A DNA stretch of 64,000 nt. It comes from the human T2T-CHM13v2.0 reference genome, Homo sapiens. Made by a program: the position numbers and the translations under genes. Below the pieces are notes generated by a model. That model saw nothing but the letters and a program-made list of their open reading frames with translations. It had not been told where the DNA came from and made no database searches. The first letter of the stretch is position 1; each line of letters begins with the position of its first letter. Of this stretch, positions 38,767 to 52,873 are shown in pieces. Location: NCBI RefSeq assembly GCF_009914755.1, contig NC_060944.1. One strand, given 5' to 3'.

Positions 38767-40060
38767 GTGTGCTTGTGTGAGCACGTGTGTTTTGCCTCTT
38801 CTGTTAGCATGATGGCCCTGGAGGCCAGCTCTCTGCATCCATTTTCTCTGTGAGTCCTGCAGCCCCCATCCTTAGGAGTTAACAGTGTCTGGTTTAACTC
38901 AGGTGTATGGGAAGAGAGCTGGAAGACGAGTCAATTACTTTTTCAAGTCTAGACCATCCAGACTGACTAAGAAAGGTGAAATATTTCATCATGAAAACAT
39001 TTGGAGATCTGAAGATGGGTCCACGGCAGGATCACATTCCCCTCGCCACTGAGATTGGTTCACAGGTGATCACATAACCCAGGGCTAAGCCAATGAATGC
39101 ACAGTATTCCCCTTAGCCACTGGAATTGGTTCAGAATTGATCCAATCAGAGTGAAGACAGAACTTTTTCAATTGTAATAGACTATTTTTTGGAGCAGTTT
39201 TAGATTAACAGCAAAATCAGCAGAAGGTTTCGGAGGATTTTCACATATCCCTGGCCCCCTCACCTGTACATCTTCCCCATCAACATCTCACACCAGAGTG
39301 ACACATTTGCTAAAATCGATGAACCTACATTGACACATCATTATCATCCAAAGACTATAGTTCACATTAGGCTCCATTCTTCGTTTTATACATTCTATGG
39401 GTTTGGATACACGTACAGTGACATATGTTCATCCTTATAATATTACACAGAGTATTTTCACTGCCCTAAAAATCCTTTGTGCTACACCTGTTCATTGCTC
39501 CCTTTCCCCAATCCCTCGCAACCACTAATTTTCTGATCTTCTGTCATAGTTTTGCCGTTTCTATAATGTTGTATGGTTGGAATCATATAGTACATGGCCT
39601 TTCAGGCTGGTTTCTTTCATTTAGCCATAGGCTTTGAGGGTTCCTTCTTGTCTTTTCATGTCTTGATTGCTCATTTCTTTTTGGTGCTGAATAATATTCC
39701 ATTATCTGGATTTATCACAGTTTATTTATCCATTTGCCTACTGTAGGACATCTTGGTTGCTTTTAAGTTTTGACAACTATGAATGAAGCTGCTGTAAATA
39801 TCCATAAGCAGGGCTTTTTTTGTGAACATGAGCTTTTAACTCATTTGGGTAAATAGCAAGGGGCATGACTGCTGCTGGATCGTATGGTAAGAGCAGGTTT
39901 AGTTTTGCAAGAAACTGACAAATTGTCTTCCACAGTAGCTGTACCATTTTGCATTCCTGCCAGCAGTAAATTAGAGCTCTTATTGCTCCACATCCTCATC
40001 AGCATTTGTTGTCAGAGTTTTGGATTTTCTCTATTTTAATAGGTGGTTACTGGTATCTAA

Positions 40061-40191
40061 TTTTTTTTTTTTTTTAATAGAGACGAGGCCTCCCTACATT
40101 GCCCAATCTGGTCTCAAACTCCTGGGCTCAAGGGATCTTCCCATCTCGGCCTCCCAAAGTGTTGGAATTACAGGTATGAGGCACCGGGGCC
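40061..40191 (-). mobile_element. FLAM_C / free left Alu monomer
   Basis: Single monomer with ctcctgggctcaag and poly(T). Confidence 0.85.
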
Positions 40192-40956
40192 AGTCTCATT
40201 GTTTTAATTTGCATTTCCCTAATTGCGTACTACAGCGGGCATCTTTTTATATGCTTATTTGCCATCTGTACGTCTTCTTTGGTGAGGTGTAGTTTAAGAT
40301 CTTTGACCCATTTTTAGTTGGATTGTTTTCTTATTGTTTAGTTTTAAGAGTTCTTTTTATATTTTGGGTAACAGTCCTTTATCAGATGTGTCTTTTGCAA
40401 ATATTTTCTCCCAGTCTGGGGCTTGCCTTTTCATTCTCTTGACAGTATCTTTTGCAGAGCATTACATTTCAATTGTAATGGAGTTCAGCTCATCAATTCT
40501 TTCTTTCATGAATTATACCTTTGGTGCATCTATAAAGTCATCACCAAACCCAAGGTCATCTTGATTTTCTCCTATGTTATCTTCTAGGAATTTTATAGTC
40601 TGCATTTTATGTTTAGGTCTGTGTTCCATTTTGAGTTACTTTTGTAAAGGATGTAAACTGTGCGACTAGGTTCATTGTTTTGTTTTGTTTTTTTTCAGGT
40701 AAATGTCCAGTTGTTGGAGCACCATTTGTTGAGAGGTCTTTGCCTCATTTGTACTGGTTTTGCTCCTTTGTCAAAGATTAGTTGACTCTATTTATGTGGG
40801 TCTATTTCTGGGCTCTCTATTCTGTTTCATTGATCTATCAATGTGACCAGTACCATAGTGTCTTGATTACTGTAGCTTTACAGTAAGTCTTGAGGTCAGG
40901 TAGTGTGAGTCCTCCAATTTTGTTCTCTTTTACTATGTGTTGGCTATTCTGTGTCT

Positions 40957-41274
40957 CTTTTTTTTTTTTTTTTTTTTTTTTTGAGACAGAGTCTCACTTT
41001 GTTGCCCAGGCTGAAGTACAGTGGTGTGATCTCGGCTCACTGCAACCTCCGCCTCCCACGTTCAAGCAAATTCTCCTGCCTCAGCCTCCCAAGTAGCTGG
41101 GACTACAGGTGCACACCACCATGCCTGGCTATTTTTTTTTTTTTTTTTTGTATTTTTAGTAGAGATGGGGTTTCACCATGTTGGTCAGGATGGTCTCGAT
41201 CTCCTGACCTTGTGATCCACCCACCTTGGCCTCCCAAAATGCTGGGATTACAGGCGTGAGCCACCGTGCCTGGC
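40957..41274 (-). mobile_element. AluSc-like
   Basis: Full dimer; flanking tattctg(t/g)gtct duplicated. Confidence 0.95.
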
Positions 41275-42425
41275 TATTCTGGGTCTTTTACTTCTCCATA
41301 AAAACTTTAGAATCGGTTTGTCAATATCCTCAATATAACTTGCAGGAATTTTGATTGGGATTGCATTGAATCTGTTGATCAAGTTGGGAAGAGCTGACAT
41401 CTTGACAATACTGAGTCTTCCTATTTATGAACCTGGACTATCTCTCCATTTATTTAGCTTAAAAAGTTCTTTTCCTCAGAGTTTTGAAGTTTTCCTCATA
41501 TGGAACCTGTACATATTTTGTGAGTTTTATAACTATTTCATTTTGAAGAGTGCTAATGTGAACGGTATTGCATCTTAAATTTCAAATTCCACTTGTTCAT
41601 TGCTGCTAAATAGGAAAGTGATTGACTTTTGTATATCAACCTTGTATCTTGCAACCTCACTATAATAATTTATTAGTTCTAGGAGTTATTTTGTTGATTA
41701 TTTCAGTGTGTCTGCATAGACAATCCAGACCATCTATAGGCAAAGATAGCTTTATTTCTTTCTTCCCAATCTATATGCCTTTTATTTCCTTTTCTTATCT
41801 TAGCTAGGACTTGCATTATCTAGGACATCCAGTGCAATGTTGAAAAGCAGTGGGGAGAAGGAACATCTTTTTCTTGTTCCTGATCTTAGTGGGAAAGCTA
41901 AGTGGAGTTTCTTGGTATTAAGTGTGATGTTAGCTGTGGGATTTTGTAGCTATTTATTAAATTGAGGAAGTTCCTCTCTATTCCTAGTTCACTGAGTTTT
42001 TATCAGGAATGAGTGTTGAATTTTGTCAAGTGCTTTTTCTGCAGCTATTGATATAATCATGTGATTTTTCTTCTTTAGCCTGTTGATGTGATGGATTACA
42101 TTAATTGATTTGGAAGATAAGACTTTTGATTCACAGCTGGGAAACAGAAGCTTTTTCCCTCCTGGAAAGTGAGGATGCAAACAGTAGTCTGTGACCACGA
42201 GGAAATTCAGAGGGAATGAAGTCTCTGGCATTGGAGTCAGAGCAGGAGATGTACAAAGAAACAGAGCCAAGACTCATCAAACCCATTTGAGGCCCTCTAC
42301 CTCAACTGGAGAAACCTAATGCTTCCTTTAAGGTTTAGTTCAGTTTGATTTTTGTTGTTGTTGTTTGCAACACCAAACATGCTAACTGATATATGCCATA
42401 CCCCTCAGGTATTTAAGAAGACGGG

Positions 42426-42944
<519 letters not shown>

Positions 42945-43749
42945 CTAATATGGCTCTTTCAAACCTCAGCGAAGCTGGTGGGAAGAGCAGCTCAGGCGCA
43001 TTTTGTGAACTGAAGGTTCTGTGCACCCGAGTAGGGCCTGAGCACTTCCAGGGAGGATGCTCGGCTTCTCTCTGCAGAACAGGGTGTGCATGGTCTACAG
43101 GGAAGCTCCTGGCCTCCTGCTGAACTGAGAAATAACTTGACCAAGGGACGGAGCAGGGAGAGCAAACGCTTCAATATCTCTGCCTAACTGTGTTTAGGCT
43201 TGCCCTTGAAGAGGCCAGGGTGGAATTGATTACCACAAGCACTTCCCTAAGACCAGAGATGTTGCCACATTTTCCCTGATGAATCCATTGTGTTGTCACC
43301 ATGGCAACCACCACAGTTGGGGTCTGGCCTGGCTGGCGCATGCTTGCAACAGTTCCCTTTTAGGATCCAGGAGCATCCTAGGTCTATGAAATCTTGCCCT
43401 CAGCTACCACAAAGTCTTACTCCTCTCAGCAGCAGGTCCAAATTATCCATGCTGTAGGCCTCAATGTTGGCATGAATTGGCAGCATGGAATTCACTAGGA
43501 AGCATTCTTTATTTAAAAAAAAAAACACCCAACATTATTATTTAGTTCAGTTCCTCTGTTCTGGCTTCATGAAACTTAAAAATGCCCTTTGTTGGAAAAA
43601 AGAGATGATTTGGTCAGCTCTTGCTGAAGCCCAAATAAAGAGGGCTGGATTTCCCCACCTTGGGTCACATGATCTTTGCTAATTTTCTCTCACCCCCATC
43701 TAAGGGCACCCTGTAGCTGGACTTCAGCCATAGAATGTGAGTAAGATGT

Positions 43750-44151
43750 ATAGTCAGCTGTTTCTATCCATGGGTTTTGTATCTGTGGATTCAACTGACT
43801 GTGAATAAAAAACATTTGAAAAAAAAAACCCAACAATTTAAAAATACAGATTAAAAAATCAATATGTTATGCAGAATGTGGATTTAAATAAACTAAAACA
43901 AAAAAACCAAAGTTAAAAAGGAAAACAAATTTGAAAAGTCAGTATAGTATAAAAACTATTTACCTAGTATTTACATTGTGTTAGGTATCATAACCTAGAA
44001 ATGATTTAAAGTACATGGGAAGATACGCATAGGTTACATGCAAACACTATGTCTTTTTATACAAAGTACTTTAGCATCTGTGGATATCCGTGGGGGGCGG
44101 GGGTGGGTGGGTCCTAGAATCAATCTCCCAGGGATACTGAGGGACATCTAT
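43750..44151. mobile_element. Tigger3a/MER7-like TcMar-Tigger MITE
   Basis: atccatggg...atctgtggattcaac...tatttacattgtgttaggtat...ggatactgagggac. Confidence 0.75.
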
Positions 44152-44471
44152 AATTGTCTTTTTATGAGGAACTCATCAATATGGTGCCCTAAGGCCAATT
44201 CTACCGACACTATACATGGTAATAGTCACAGGATTCACAGTACCTGTAACTGTGAACAAATATAGATCCACCGAATGGCTAAACTTGAAAGACCACAGAT
44301 TCAGTAGAAGAATCTCAGTGGGAGCATCTAAGGTTAGGTTCGATCACTTCTTAAGTATAAACACAGTACACTTTTCCATGGACACACACATGTGACAACT
44401 CTCAGGGGCAGATACAGATCATTTCCAACAGCCAGAAGGCTTCCTCACACCCCTTGTGATTCAACACATAC

Positions 44472-44919
44472 CGATATGGTTTGGGCCTGTGTCCCCACCA
44501 AATCTCATGTAGAATTGTAATCCCCAGTGTTGGAGGTGGGGCCTGGTGGGAGATGAGTGAGAGATGCGTGGAGTTTTTATGAATGGTTTAGCCCCATCCC
44601 CCCCGGTCCTGAGTGAGTTCTCATAAGATTTGGTTGTTTAAAAGTGTGTGGCAGCTCCCCTCACTCTCTCTTGCTGCTCCGGCCGTTTGACATGCCAGCT
44701 GTCCCTTTGCCTTCTGCCATATTTGTGAGAGTCTTGAGGCCTCCCCAAAAGCAGAAGCTATTATGCTTCCAGGATAGCCTGTAGAACCATGAGCCAATTA
44801 AACCTCTTTTCTTCATAAATTACCCAGCTTCAGGTCTTTCCTTCTTTCTTTTCTTTCTTTCCTTCCTTCCTTCCTTCCTTCCTTCCTTCCCTTCCTCCCT
44901 CCCTCTTTCTATTTTCTTT

Positions 44920-44973
<54 letters not shown>

Positions 44974-45030
44974 TTCCTTCCTTCCTTCCTTCCTTCCTTT
45001 CTTTCTTTCTCTCTCTTTCTCTCTTTCTCC

Positions 45031-45064
<34 letters not shown>

Positions 45065-45089
45065 TTCTGTCTCTGTCTCCCTTTCTCTG

Positions 45090-45140
<51 letters not shown>

Positions 45141-45476
45141 TTCTTTCTTGACGGAGTTTCGCTCTTGTTGCCCAGGCTGGAGTGTGACGGCACAATCTCT
45201 GGCTCACCGCAACCTCTGCCTCCTGGGTTCAAGCGATTCTCCTGCCTCAGCCTCCTGAGTAGCTGGGATTACAGGCATGTGCTACCACACCTGGCTAATT
45301 TTGTATTTTTAATAGAGACAGAATTTCTCCATATTGGTCAGAGTGGCCTCGAACTCCCGACCTCAGGTGATCTGCCTACCTCAGCCTCCCAAAGTGATGG
45401 GATTACAGGTGTGAGCCCCAGCGCCTCACCCAGCCTCAGGTATTTCTTTATAGCCATGTGAGAATGGACTAATACA
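44472..45476 (+). mobile_element. MSTA-like MaLR LTR interrupted by AluSp
   Basis: gatatggtttgg...aaatctcatg...aattaaacctcttttcttcataaattaccca, resuming tcaggtatttctttatagc...ggactaataca; TSD catac/cacac. Confidence 0.9.
44836..45435 (-). mobile_element. AluSp with ~315-nt compound microsatellite tail
   Basis: Sp diagnostics tttctccat...gaactcccgacctcagg; tail (TTCC)n(TTTC)n(CT)n at 44836-45149. Confidence 0.95.
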
Positions 45477-45745
45477 CACACCCACAATAAACCACTACTC
45501 TGATTTCTACTTCCATAGGTTAGTCTTGAGATTAGCCCTGCTTGTCCTTGGACTTCTTATAAAAAAGATCATAGCATATTTAGTCCTCTGTGTCTGGCTT
45601 TCCTGGCTCCTTGCTGGATCAGTAAATGTCTCCATGCTGTTTATTGTAGCAGTGGTCCATTTTTTTTCATTGTTACATAGCTTTCCACTGCATGCATAGA
45701 CCTCAATTTACTTTTCCATTCTATTCCTAATGGATATCTGTTTAA

Positions 45746-46050
<305 letters not shown>

Positions 46051-46733
46051 TAATATATTTTTCTATTAGGCATACAATTGCCATGGACATGCATACACGT
46101 CTTCTGGTGAATGTACATAACTCATTACTCTCGGGTAAGTTCCCAGGGTGGAAGGACTGGGTAATAGGGGAGGTGGATATTTATTTAACTTTAGTAGATG
46201 TTTCCAGACATTTTTCACTGTGGCTGTAGTGACTTGCATTCCCATCAACAGCATGGGAGTTAACAGTTGTCCTACGCCGTTGCTAACACTTGGTATTGTC
46301 TTTTGACAATTGTAGCTATTTGGTGGATGTGTGGACGTATCTCATTATGGCTTTAATTTGCATTTTTCTTAGGAGTCATGACATGAAAAATATTTTTACA
46401 TGTTTATTGGATGTTCAGATCTCCTCCTTTGTTAAGGTTTGTTGAAATCCTTTGTTCCTTATCTAATTGGGTTGCCTTTTTCTTACTGATTTTTAGGAAT
46501 TCTTTGTATCTTCTAGATACAAGTCACTGTCAAGTATACGGTATTACAAATGTCTTCTTCCCATCTGAGATTTGCCTTTTTACTCCCTTCCACTTTCTTA
46601 ATGATGCTTTTGATGAATAGAACTTCTGAATTTTAGTGAGTTTGAATTATCATTCTTTTCTTTCATGGTTCGATTAAGAAATTGCCTATCTCTGCATGCA
46701 GTTTGATGGTTTCTGTGAATCAAGTGGTTAAAG

Positions 46734-47271
46734 TGTTGCTGAAACACCAGGGGTTCAGTCTAGGTCCTGCTGCTTGCTACACAGAAAGCCGATCATTGAT
46801 ACAACAAGTATTGTCAGGGAAGAAAGCTTTAATCAGATGCTGCAGGAGTATTGTCAGGGAAGAAGACTTTAATCAGCTGCTTCAGCCAAGGAGATGAGAG
46901 ATCAGCCTCAAATCCGTCTCCTTGACTAACGAAAATTAGGAGTTTACATAGCAGGTACAAAATGTAACCATGTATGGGAAGACAGGAAATAGGGAGGGGT
47001 AAGGAAGAGGAGTTGCTCAATAGGGAGCAAGTGATGGCTTAGGCAGACATGGGTGAGGGGTCTGGTGTTTCATTGTCTAAATGTAGTCATCTGGTGAGTT
47101 TCAGTTCCTTGTTACTATCTGGGAGGCCTGATGGTTGGTTTCCTGAGAAAGAACTCAGATAAGACAAATGTAACTTTCTCAAGCTTTGAGACCAAACAGG
47201 GAGGATCAGGTTTTATGTTCATTCAGAAAAACCCTAAGCATCAGCTCTATGGGACATTTGGGCTAGTTTCA
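46734..47271 (-). mobile_element. LTR26-like ERV1 solo LTR
   Basis: tgttgctgaaacaccaggggttcagtctaggtcctgctgc...ctatgggacatttgggctagtttca; perfect 4-bp TSD aaag. Confidence 0.8.
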
Positions 47272-47639
47272 AAAGATAGGCAGGTGGTGCAAACCAGGCC
47301 ACTGAGAACCTGTTTCCAAAGCTAAACAGCTTGAACAGGAAGCACCAGGATTCAAACCTGGGCTTTCTGGTTCCAAAGAGCACACTCTTACCTGTTGCAT
47401 TGTGCTGCTTCTTTACTAATCAGGACTCCTTTGGTTGTGAATGGTTGAAATATAGCTCTTAGGTTAAAAAGATAAATTATTGGTTCATGTACAAGATCCA
47501 GGATGTCTCGCTTCAGGCATGGATGGATCCAGGTGCTCACATGACATTATTAGCATTGGGTCCCTCCCTTCTTATGCCTCTACTTTCCTCTGTGTTGGCT
47601 TCATCAGTAGAAAGCCTCTTTCCTTTTGCAAGCACCAGC

Positions 47640-48232
47640 TATGGCAATAGCTTCTATTTTTCAAAGATGGCTACAACAATATCCCCTGTTTCAGGCACTC
47701 ATTTACAACGTGGCCTTGATATTCCTCCTACTGAGAAGTCAGTCTATGTCCTCTCTCTTTCATGCTGGACAGGCTTGTGACTCATTGGAAACCAGTATAT
47801 AGAGGTGAGAATGATGCTGCACAACTTGTGAGACTAGGTCAGAAAAAGCAGTGCAGCTTTTGCTTTGTGTTTGGGGACACTTGCCTTTGGAAGCCTGAGC
47901 TGACATGTAAGTCCTACTGTCCTGAGGCCGCCATGCTAGGAGGAAGCCCAGACTGTATGAAGAGGCCACATGGAGGTGCTGAGGTTGACAGCCTCAACTG
48001 AGGGCCCAGCTGATTGCCAGCAGCAACTACCAGATTGAGTGAAGAGGCTTCTAGATGGTTCCCTGTGTTTGATTTTTCCTAGCTGAGGCATTGGACATTG
48101 TGGTGTAGCGACAAACCACTCTGCTTTGCTCTGTCTGAATTCCGGACCCACGGGACCCATGGAATAATGAAATAGTTATTTTGAGCTCTTTGATTTTGGA
48201 ACAATTTGTTATGCAGTAAATGGAACACCAGG
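47640..48232 (+). mobile_element. MLT1F/G-like LTR, apparently nested in an older antisense MLT1 (~47415-48540)
   Basis: aaagatggctaca...gactaggtcagaaaa...ccatgctaggaggaagccc...tttgttatgcag. Confidence 0.75.
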
Positions 48233-48659
48233 TGTATCTTCTTTCAGCCCTTTCAGCCCTACCAGAAAGAGGGTCTTCTTGCCAACTGTTCTCAGGCAGG
48301 GTAATCCTTGGGCCAGGCTGGGTCACATTCCATCCTAAGTCAATTGCTGTGGCTAGGAAGATGTGGTACACGGATGGGCCAGACCTGGGTCACAGGCCCA
48401 CCGGGAGTGGACCAGCCCTGGGAACTGCCACATGGATTTGGGGAAAGGAAGAGAGGCTTTCTCAAGGAAAAACGGAATTATATGGAAAAAAATTGTAGAT
48501 GGAAGATGGGAAGATGGGCAGGGAGAACCAACAGCTGCTCCTTCAGTAGTTTACTATGAGGTCACTGTCCTTTGCTTGTGGAAATGAGAAGTGCCCAGCA
48601 GTGAGTGACTTGTCTGTGTGTTTGGGCAGCTCAGCTGTTATGGGAGCAGGTAGGAGGGG

Positions 48660-50100
48660 CAAACCCAGGACAGGCTTCCAGGAGAGCATGTGGCTGTGCT
48701 GACTTCATGATGATGAGGACTCAGACAGGCAAAAAGAGCAGGAAAAGGAGTTCCAGGCAGGGGAATGGCATGTGCAAAGGCCTGGAGGCAAAGATGGTGC
48801 AGCAAGTTGGAGAACCTGAGTGAAGTTCAGTGGGGTTTAAGCCGAGTGTTAGGGTGAGGATGACAAGGGAAGAAGGCAGGGGTTGGGGCTGTAGGGGCAG
48901 ACAGTGGCAGGGCCTTCTCAGCCACATGTGGCACTGGGGGTGTCTTTAAATGCAGTGGGAGACCTCAGTGAGGTTAGCAGGGATGTGACGTGACCATAGA
49001 AGGTCCCTCTGTCCATGGTATGGGGGATGAGGAGGAGGGGCTGCCCAGGGCCAGGGTGGTCTGTGAGGTGGGTGAGGCCATCATGTAGGTGAGAAAGGAT
49101 GGTCACCTGAGCTAGCAGGGTGATGGCAGAGGAGGAAGGAATAGAACAGAGCCAAGAGCCATTTAGCAGTCAACTCAGTAGGACTTGGGTTTGAGACAAG
49201 AGGGAGAGGGAGGAGATAGGGGATAAGAGAGCTGCCCAGGGTTCTGGATGGGCCTGGAGGGACGGGGTCACCAGTCACTGAGGCGGTGACCCCCAAAGAG
49301 CCTACATTTGGGGGTGAATTTATCGGGCTGAGTTGAAGGTGCCATGGGACACCCATGTGGACCTGCAGGTCTGAAGCCAGGAGAGTGGTTGGCTGGTGTG
49401 GCTAAGGAGTCCCCTGTGTGTCTGTGACCCCATGTGTCTGTGGTCTAAGGGGGGCTGAGACCCCCAGGAGGGGAAGCAGAGTGAGCGAGAGGCAGACTCA
49501 ATGGAGGGACCCCCTGGATTTAGGAGCAGGAGAAGAAGAGGACAAGGGTGGCAGAGAAAGCCTGGCTGAGCATGGGAACAAGAAGGGGGCCTTCATCAAT
49601 TCCTGCTACTATGACAATATGCCTGAGACTGGGTAGCTTATAAATAATAGAACTTTATTCCTCACAGTTCTGGAGGCTGGGAAGTCCAAGACAAAGGCGC
49701 TGACAGGTTCAGTGTTTGGTGAGGGCTGCTGTCTGTGTCCAAATGGGTAGAAGGGTGCCAGTCACATCCAGGAGCTTGGCCTCATGCTGGAATCACCTCC
49801 TGAAGGCCCCGGCTCTTAACACTATCACGTTGGCAATTGGGTTTTAACATGAGAATTTCAGGAGACACCTTCAGACAGTAGCAGAGGGGTAGACCAGGAG
49901 GAACGACGGCCCAGGACCACCCTCTGTGGACACCCAGGAGGGACTGGGCGGGTCCTTAGGGGGAGCACAGGGAGCTCCATAGGAGAGGCTTTGGGGAGCA
50001 GGGCTGGGAAGCCCAGTGGGAGTGCCGGGGTGAGTGGTGGTGAGGCAGGGGTGTAGACACTGACCGCAGGACATAGAATTTCCTTAAAGGGAGGAATGTG
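48660..50100 (-). mobile_element. L2 (interrupted by MLT1A)
   Basis: ttccaggcaggggaatggcatgtgcaaaggcctggaggc; gagttgaaggtgccatgggacacccatgtgga. Confidence 0.7.
49590..49883 (-). mobile_element. MLT1A-like LTR
   Basis: gactgggtagcttataaataatagaactttattcctcacagttctggaggctgggaagtccaaga...ttcagacagtagca. Confidence 0.85.
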
Positions 50101-50254
50101 GGCTGGAGCGGGGGTTGAGGAGAATATGTATGCGTGGAAGAAATCTATGCAGTGTCCACAGTCTACAGAGAGGCCTGGGCTGCAGAAGGCAAGCCAGGCA
50201 GGTCGTCCCAGGCACAGGGAAATCCCCAGAGCTTGGGTTTACTGAGCCCGTCCT

Positions 50255-50450
50255 GTGCAGGTCTGGATCTGAACACTGTGTATGCAGTATCTCACTGAAG
50301 CCCCTCCCACCCGATGAGGCAGGGCCATCATGCCACCCATTTTAAAGGGTAGGAGACTGAGACCAGAGAGGGCAAATAACCTCCCCACAGTCACACAGCT
50401 TGGAAGGGGCCGAGTCAGGGTTCCAAGGAGAGCCTGTACCCCTCCCTGCT
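50255..50450 (-). mobile_element. MIR
   Basis: cccattttaaagggtaggagactgagaccagagagg...gtcacacagct. Confidence 0.6.
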
Positions 50451-50700
50451 GCTCTTAGCCTGGCTCAGCTGCAGAAGCCGAGCCCCAGGGAAGGTTGTGG
50501 TTTGGGGCACCCCGTGGCATTGTGTGCACAGGGCCAATGAGGCGCAGGACTGGGGATGGGGGGTGGCCATGTGTGGCATCGTTGGTTTCTGTGGCAGGAA
50601 CCAGAGTTGTGGCACCCAGGGCTGCAGACTCCGGTTCCTCTCTGCTGAGCCCCCTTTGGGTCAGGGACTCAGTTCCTGATTGTTTCCTGGGCTCTGGTTT

Positions 50701-50946
50701 GTGCAGTGGCTTGATCTCAGCTCGGTGCAAACTCTGCCTCTCAGGTTCAAGTGATTCCGTGCCTCAGCCTCCCAAGTAGCTGGGATTACACTCGTGCACC
50801 ACCAGCCCTGGCTAATTTTGTATTTTTAGTAGAGACAGGGTTTCGCCATGTTGGCCAGGCTGTTGTCAAACTCCTGACCTCAAGTGATTCGCCCTCCTCG
50901 GCCTCCCAAAGTGCTGAGATTATAGGCATGAGTCACGTGCCTGGCC
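50701..50946 (-). mobile_element. AluSx/Sz lacking its 3' end and poly(A)
   Basis: Begins at gtgcagtgg with no T-tract; no TSD seen. Confidence 0.92.
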
Positions 50947-52113
50947 TTGGTCTAGCAGTTTTTTTCAGACCCAGCCCCAATGGGAAACAGAGGCATGCGC
51001 TGCAGGGGTTTGTGGCAGAATTAAGGGAACTGCTAAATGATGAAAGCACCTGGGGACCAGCAAGAGATGGAGCTGCCCAGAGCCCAGGGCTGGAGGGGTG
51101 GGTGGAGGAGAGTGCATGAGTAGCCCAGGGAGAGCCCTGCAGGGAAGGTCACACCACAGGGAGAGTAGGGAAGAGGCACTCTGACCTTTCCCCTCCTGCC
51201 TTTGACCTCCAGGGAAGAGTCCCCTTGGCTGAACATAACTGGACGCCAGAGGGCAGGGAGCCCCGGAGATGCGATTCTCAGGGGCCAGTTCTGGAACAGG
51301 GAGCCCCAGGCAGAGAAGGGATCCAAGTACTGGGGAAGGAGTTGGGGAACAACAAGCTGAGGCATCTGTACCTTCTCCCGACACTTGTGCCCCAGGCTGC
51401 AGGGGGAAAGTGGAGGAGAACAGAGGAGAAGGTCCCTTCCAGGCCCAGTCCAGGCTTTGGGAGCACAGGGTGCCAGCCAGGGGAGGAGAGGGAGCTTTGG
51501 AGATCTGGAAAAGCCGGCAGAGAGGAAGAGCTTTAAGGAGAGCTGAAGGTTTGTGACCATTGAAGTGGAGGGAGGGAAGCAATGACTGAGGGGCAATGAG
51601 TGGGCTCCGTGCTCAGCATGAACTCAGTATGGGTTATTCTATGTTTTCTCATTTTAATGCATTATTTTTTTTCGAAGTTCCATACTCTTATTACAAAGTT
51701 TAGGTAATATGAGAGAAGCAGGTGGCAAGCACTTGTCTCTCCAGATCTGCTTCCTAATAGAGAGGCTGGCCGGTTCAGGGCTTGACATTTCTGCTCAGAT
51801 TAGTTTTTGAGATATGATCTAACTGCCTGTTACTTTTTTGGTGGGAGTTGGAAAGTATTTCAAATACTAATGTAAGAAGGCCACTTCCTTTTTTCACGTT
51901 GGGATTATAAATCATTTGAAACTGTTTGGGGACAATGCATTTTACAGACACTCTATCTGGCCAGGTACAAATTGAACATTTAAGCTCAAGTTCAAATGTC
52001 TCTCATCCTTGACTTTGATGTAAAAACATGTCATATTTCACTCGCGGATTGCATGTGAATAAGCAATATCAGTTCTCAGAGAATGGAACCACAGCGAAAG
52101 GGAAGATAGTGGT

Positions 52114-52873
52114 TGTGTTCATTTTCAAGGGTTGCCGTAACAAATTACCAAAGACTGGGTGGTTTAAACACAAGAAATGTATTTCCTCGGCATTCTGGAG
52201 GGTAGAAGGGTTGATTTCTTCCGAAGCCTTTCTCCTTGGCTTGGAGATGGTCATCTGCTCCCTACATCCTCTGCACGTGTCTGTGTCCTCTCTTCTTTGA
52301 GATGCTGGTTGTATTAGTCTGTTCTCACATTGCTGTAAAGAAATACCCAAGACTGGGTAATTTATAAAGAAAAGAGGTTTAATTGGCTCACGGTTCTGCA
52401 GGCTGTACAGGAAGCATGATGCTGGCATCTGCTGGGCTTCTGGGGAGGCCTCAGGAAGCTTCCAGTCATGGTGGGAGGCAGAGGGAGAACAGGCACCTCA
52501 CGTGGGAGCAGGAGCAAGAGAGAAGAGGCAGGCGCTACACACTTTTAAATGACAAGATCTCACAAGAACTCGCTCACTATCACAACAACAGCACCTCAGG
52601 GATGGCGCTAAACCATTCATGAGAAACACCTCCATAATCCAATCACCTCCCACCAAGTCCCACCTCCAACACTGGGGACTACAATTCAACATGAAATTTG
52701 GGCAAGATCCAAACCATATTACTAGTCCTGTTGGATTTGGGGCTGGCACAAATGACCTCACTTAACCTTAATTACCTCTTTGAAGACCCTGTCTCCAAAT
52801 ACATCATTCTGAGGTCCTGGGGGTTAGGACTTCACATATGAATTTGGAGGGGAATCCAATCTGGTCCATAACA
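52114..52873 (-). mobile_element. MLT1B-like LTR split by MST
   Basis: gccgtaacaaattacca...ctgggtggtttaaac; aaccttaattacctctttgaagaccctgtctccaaataca...ccataaca. Confidence 0.85.
52310..52721 (-). mobile_element. MSTA/B LTR nested in MLT1B
   Basis: tgtattagtctgttctcacattgct...ccaaaccatatta; TSD ctggt/ctagt. Confidence 0.92.

Larger units (their letters stand above)
39175..42110 (-). mobile_element. L1MC1-like, ~2.5 kb 3' segment with two Alu-family insertions
   Basis: gagcagttttagattaacagcaaaa...aatcgatgaacctacattgacacatcattatca; continuous ORF2 antisense. Confidence 0.9.

Noticed and set aside
44830-45232. Lys/Glu/Arg-rich ORFs
   Set aside because: Translation of the Alu-tail microsatellite
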